Below are positions 59,986 through 64,000 of a stretch of 64,000 nt of DNA, in pieces; the stretch's first letter is position 1, and every line of letters begins with the position of its first letter. The DNA is from Pelagomonas calceolata (Eukaryota), in the NCBI GenBank assembly GCA_918797485.1, contig CAKKNE010000001.1, positions 1,798,001-1,862,000 of the forward strand. The letters are read 5' to 3'. The position numbers were made by a program, and so were the translations under genes. The notes under the pieces are model-generated. The model did not search any database. It was not told the origin of the DNA and saw nothing but the letters and a program-made list of their open reading frames with translations.

Positions 59986-60272
59986 GCTCGGAGGCCTTTC
60001 ACGCGTACCCCGGACGCTTCCTTTACCTTGTGAGAGGATTACAACTCTCCAAAACACACTCTGAACGACTGCTGTTTGTGGGTTTGTGCTTGAGAGCTTG
60101 CCGCTTTTTGGCGGCTACAGAGGCTTTGCGGAGGGTCACGGAGCCTGCAGACATTCTCTGCAAGTGCTTTGCACAGTGCCGCCACGAATTCTCGCTTACC
60201 TTGCGCGAACAGGTAGTATTGCTGAGGCTGCCAGGTGCAGCCACTGCGCATGCGATTGATTTCAGCGCAGTG

Positions 60273-61079
60273 ATGCGCCCGATCCTCCTGGTCGTATGCG
60301 CGCTGCACGCGTCACATGCACTGCAAGCGCCGCGGCCGCAATGCACGACGTCGCTGCAAACGCCGCGGCCGCACCGCGTGACGTCGCTACGCGCGAGCCC
60401 ACCAGCAGAAACAGAGGAGGCGCCGACGGCGCAATGGCTCGCCAGCCTCGCGCTCGCCGGCGCGGCACTAGGTCCCGTCTGCGACAACTTCCACTCGGCG
60501 GCGGGCGTGCTGGGCTACACGAAATATCAAATAGCGCTCGGGCCGGCGCCGGACTGGTGGGGCGGCGGCCACCTCTTCCAGACGGCGTATTGGGTGCCGC
60601 CCCTGTTCGCGCTCGCGGCGTTGATAATAGGCGGCATCGACGCGGTCGTGAGTTCACAAAGGCCGCCGCCGGAAAATCTCGCGGCGCCGAGCGGACGGCG
60701 CGTCGCGGGCGCCGTTGCGGCCTTCGTGGCGCTGTACGCGTTCTCGGCGCTCCTCGCGACGGGCCTCGCGCCACCGACGGAGGCACTCGTGCTGTGGCCC
60801 CTCGCGCTTTTGCTCTGGAAAACAAATGACCCGACGCTGGCCTCGTTCGTCGCCGGCGCGGCGACGGCCGTCGGTGGACCGGCGATTGAGGTAGCGTTGC
60901 TCGGCGGCGGCGGCCTCTTCGCCGAGCCCTTCGGCCACCTCTACGCCTACGGCCGCCCGGACGTGTTGGGCGTGGAGTCCTGGATTTTGCCCGTCTATTT
61001 TGCTGGCGGCCCTGCCGTGGCGCTTGTGAGCCGGTGGCTGCGGGGGCGGCGGGGCGGTGGTGGTGACGGTAACGGCTAA
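60273..61079 (+). CDS. Probable plastid-targeted multi-pass membrane protein (INSIG-like plant/algal family)
   Basis: Signal plus transit peptide (MRPILLVVCALHASHALQAP..), then about six hydrophobic segments with LGPVCDNFHS, WVPPLF, GGPAIE, WILPVYFAGGPAV. Confidence 0.65.
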   Translation: MRPILLVVCALHASHALQAPRPQCTTSLQTPRPHRVTSLRASPPAETEEAPTAQWLASLALAGAALGPVCDNFHSAAGVLGYTKYQIALGPAPDWWGGGHLFQTAYWVPPLFALAALIIGGIDAVVSSQRPPPENLAAPSGRRVAGAVAAFVALYAFSALLATGLAPPTEALVLWPLALLLWKTNDPTLASFVAGAATAVGGPAIEVALLGGGGLFAEPFGHLYAYGRPDVLGVESWILPVYFAGGPAVALVSRWLRGRRGGGGDGNG

Positions 61080-61195
61080 GTAGCCAGTAGTAGACGCAAA
61101 AAGAAAATCCGCCGGCTGGCCTGGAATCCCGTGGACGCTCATTGTTACGGTGCTAGAACTTAAGCAGCCCGAATCCATGAAGAACGAAGAATGAC

Positions 61196-61222
61196 CTAGC
61201 GGCCTGTAAGACACTAGCAAGC
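61196..61222. promoter_or_regulatory. Recurrent element (reverse orientation) with no adjacent start codon
   Basis: CTAGCGGCCTGTAAGACACTAGCAAGC, ~50 bp before the MITE. Confidence 0.5.
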
Positions 61223-61273
61223 AGGCTTGCGTCCTAGTCCAGCCGGACGGGTGGGCCCGGGGGGAGCGGGAGG

Positions 61274-61715
61274 CTAGGGTGCAATTTACGCACGGCGTTC
61301 TTTACGTGAGAAACGGTCCGGCGTCATTTACGCCGTAATTTACGCGTAATTTACGCGTGCATTTATTTATAAAACCCGCACACACGCAGGCAGAGCGCCT
61401 AAACAAGGCCTTGGTAGCCACGCAGCTCAATAGCAGCACGAGCACGGCGCATAAGCTTACACCTAGAGTGCACACCTTGCTCGCAACAGCATGCAACTAG
61501 CAATTGGCTCGGCTCTGACAACGTTTGGGGCAGCCACACTCTGCGAGGTGCTGATCGCGAGCTAGAGTCTTAAAGGGCCGCTAGCGCCGGCTTCGGGAAG
61601 AGCCCTGGAAGGACTTTTGGATACCTCCTTTTTTACGCCGTTTTTTACGTGGGATCTCCTGTAGCGGTGCTTTACGTGTAACTTACGCGTTTTTTCCACG
61701 TAAATTGCACCCTAG
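61274..61715. mobile_element. MITE, 442 bp, hAT-like
   Basis: Perfect 17-bp TIRs CTAGGGTGCAATTTACG (61274-61290) and CGTAAATTGCACCCTAG (61699-61715); 8-bp TSD GCGGGAGG (61266-61273 and 61716-61723); subterminal TTTACG repeats; no coding capacity. Confidence 0.9.
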
Positions 61716-61872
61716 GCGGGAGGGGTACGGGGAACCCTGCGACGTAACTAGCCTCAGCCTCAGCAGGCCATAAATCGACTGGCCACTGACTGAATCCCCT
61801 TCCGCTTGTAAACTCGCTTTGAAATATTACACCTTTCGTATTGCCCAGGAACGCCGCGGCGACGCGTGCGGG

Positions 61873-62457
61873 TCACAACTCCGCCGCCGCCTCACACCGC
61901 TGCTCGCCCCGCTTCTTCTCGAAGAACGCGATTGACACGGCGTCGCGGGCGCGCCGCGCCTTCTCGAGCTTCCGCTCGACGCGCGCACAGGAGGCCTCCC
62001 GCGCGTCCCAGGCGACGCGCAGCTTGTTCGCTTTCAAGACCTTCGTGAGCTCCTCGCGCACGTGGATCTCGACGATAGAATACGACGGGATCCACCGGAA
62101 CATGTTCGCCGGCGACCAGTACCGCCTCCCCCGCAATACCTTCTGGTAGGTGATCATCTGGGCCTCGCCGACCAAATCGAGCCAGCACGCCTCATCAATA
62201 AAACCCTGATCAATCCCCGCGCGGACGCACGCGCTGCGGTCGCTCCACACCAAATACTCGGCGGCGGCGGCGGCCTGCTCGTGCAATCGCCCCGTGACGC
62301 CCGACGCGACGTCGCTCCGGGCCTTCGTGAACATTAAAATTCCTGTCCCAGCGGTCGACGCCGTGAGGGCGATGGCCCGCGCGCTCGTCGACATGTCCTC
62401 GATCTGCTTCATCTTCGACGTGAGCATGCCGAGGAGCATGGCGGTAGATTGCTTCAT
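61873..62457 (-). CDS. Hypothetical protein
   Basis: ATG-initiated part of the 265-aa ORF with coding-like codon use and one hydrophobic segment. Confidence 0.55.
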   Translation of the reverse strand: MKQSTAMLLGMLTSKMKQIEDMSTSARAIALTASTAGTGILMFTKARSDVASGVTGRLHEQAAAAAEYLVWSDRSACVRAGIDQGFIDEACWLDLVGEAQMITYQKVLRGRRYWSPANMFRWIPSYSIVEIHVREELTKVLKANKLRVAWDAREASCARVERKLEKARRARDAVSIAFFEKKRGEQRCEAAAEL

Positions 62458-62699
62458 CGGGCAGCCTTTTTGCCTTCGTAATGCGGCGGCTTTCGAGTGG
62501 CGGAGCGCGACGGAGGGCGCCGAGAGTACGACGGGCGCTCGCGACCTTCGGGCAGCGTCGGGTCTCGCGAGAACCACAGCGCACGCAAGTTTAGCAACGA
62601 CGAGCACGGGTTTCGTGGCCTCCTGTGTGTATGAGTCCTCGCGTCGACCTCTTTCAGTTGGGTTAGACACAACTTGAGGGGATAGAAGTCGCTCTGATG

Positions 62700-62726
62700 G
62701 CTTGCTAGTGTCTTACAGCCGCTAGC
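62700..62726. promoter_or_regulatory. Recurrent upstream element
   Basis: GCTTGCTAGTGTCTTACAGCCGCTAGC, between divergent genes starting at 62457 and 63060. Confidence 0.6.
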
Positions 62727-63059
62727 TCGTTGCAAGCGCCGCAGAGCGTTTTTGAGCGAGCCGGCCACTTGCATTTGACTGCGCTGTGAGCGGCGGGACA
62801 CTTGTTTGACGGCGCAAGCCACCCAGCCATAAAGCGGTCCGCGGTGAGTCGTCGCAAGCGCTGTTTTCAGCCGGAAGACGCGAGAGGCCTTTTTCTCGCA
62901 GCAAACGCGTGCATAGACAGCGCGCGAGCGCGGCAGAGCGCAGCATCTCACTGCGCGCATCGGAGCGCGCAAGAAAAAAGGCTCGCCTCGACTCCCGCAC
63001 GCGAGCGCTCTCGGTGCTCCGCGAAAGCGCTCCGCGCACACCAAGCAAAACACCAAGCG

Positions 63060-64000
63060 ATGACGAAACTCACCTTCACCAAAGACGACCCGCCGCCGCC
63101 GGAGTCCCTGCCCGACGCGCCGCGCGCGCGCGCCGCCAGTGCCGCGACCGCCGCGCCGCCGGAAGCACCCGGCGAGGACGCGGCGGTCGACACGGAGTGG
63201 ACTGAGGAGGACGCGGCGTTCATGGCCGGCTGGGAGCAGAGCGACGAGAGCGATGTTAGTGATGGCGAGCCCTGCCCGTTCTGTGGGGGTCTGGGCCATT
63301 CGGTCGACGACTGCCCCATGCGGCGCGACACCAAGGGCGAGGTAGCTAAGGAGCAGCGGCCGGACCCCGTCGCGCGCTTGGTCGATGTGGTGGCCGACGC
63401 GGTCCTTGATGTGGCCGACGAGAATTTGTCAGCTTTCCTCGCGCGGCTCGCGGCGAACGGGCTGCGGGCGCAGCGGTACAACGACCTGGTCTCCGAATTG
63501 GTACCGGGCATCTGCGCCGACGCGGCGTTTGATCCTGAAATGTTAGCATCGAAATTCGAGGTGGATCCGGAGGGCCTCTTGTTATTGAGGGAGACCGTGC
63601 GGCGGGAGGTCGACAAATTACGGGCCACGCACGCGCTGCACAAAGACGACCTCACTGGTAACCTATCGCCGGAGCAGCTCTCCTCATTCTCTTCCGCAAA
63701 AACCTGGGACGACGACGATACGCGGGAGATGCCCGTGGAGCCTCCACCGCCGCCGCCGCCGCCGCCACCGCGCACCGTCGACCTCCCGGCCCTGGGCATC
63801 CGCGTGTCTGCCGACCCCACCGACGACGACGACGACAACGACGACCGCGACGAGGTCTTCGCGCGGTCGCCGAGCGGCCGCGTCGACTGGCGCGCGCCGG
63901 GCCAGCCCGTCGACGGCGCGTCGTCCGTGCGCCTTGCGCCCGTGCGCGAGGAAGGCGACGACAGTGGTGATGAGGACGACCTCCCCGCTGAGTACCTCGA
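63060..64000 (+). CDS. CCHC zinc-knuckle protein, 3'-partial (absent from the ORF track)
   Basis: The frame from ATG 63060 (MTKLTFTKDD..) stays open to the window end and contains CPFCGGLGHSVDDC (CX2CX4HX4C). Confidence 0.7.
   Translation, partial: MTKLTFTKDDPPPPESLPDAPRARAASAATAAPPEAPGEDAAVDTEWTEEDAAFMAGWEQSDESDVSDGEPCPFCGGLGHSVDDCPMRRDTKGEVAKEQRPDPVARLVDVVADAVLDVADENLSAFLARLAANGLRAQRYNDLVSELVPGICADAAFDPEMLASKFEVDPEGLLLLRETVRREVDKLRATHALHKDDLTGNLSPEQLSSFSSAKTWDDDDTREMPVEPPPPPPPPPPRTVDLPALGIRVSADPTDDDDDNDDRDEVFARSPSGRVDWRAPGQPVDGASSVRLAPVREEGDDSGDEDDLPAEYL

Noticed and set aside
61716..61810. Possible structured RNA next to the MITE
   Set aside because: No tRNA cloverleaf, A/B boxes or recognisable snRNA motifs; I recognised no tRNA or rRNA anywhere in the window.
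63060..64000. Gag of an LTR retrotransposon (CCHC knuckle)
   Set aside because: No LTR or primer-binding site visible upstream, the context is an ordinary divergent promoter, and the gene is cut by the window edge.

Overview
Gene-dense, GC-rich eukaryotic DNA from a flagellated alga with a secondary plastid. The evidence is BBS7, bipartite plastid-targeting peptides and spliceosomal introns bearing terminal inverted repeats (TIRs); this best fits a pelagophyte such as Pelagomonas (inference). About 25 genes are supported: BBS7, MSH6, a divergent MSH2, RFC5, a kexin/furin-like protease, a TMX-like thioredoxin, a GT31-like glycosyltransferase, a six-intron acetate kinase-phosphotransacetylase fusion, a giant ankyrin/TRAF-zinc-finger protein, a 3xSAM-DCD protein and others. 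Most introns are related introner-like elements sharing a CACGCCATCGACGCGAC core and/or CCTGTGTGGAAATC-type termini; some are in frame and hidden inside ORFs, and one lies antisense to its host gene. The most unusual items are: (1) a 1206-aa ORF fusing a ComF-like PRTase, a GIY-YIG nuclease and two HSF DNA-binding domains, flanked by possible decayed DIRS/Ngaro retroelement relics; (2) a conserved ~27-bp CTAG-N11-15-CTAG element recurring about 170-265 bp upstream of start codons; (3) head-to-head mosaics of gene fragments in convergent intergenic regions; (4) a 442-bp MITE with perfect 17-bp TIRs and an 8-bp target-site duplication (TSD). Domain calls come from recognising motifs by eye, and splice sites are predicted from frame logic, not transcript data.
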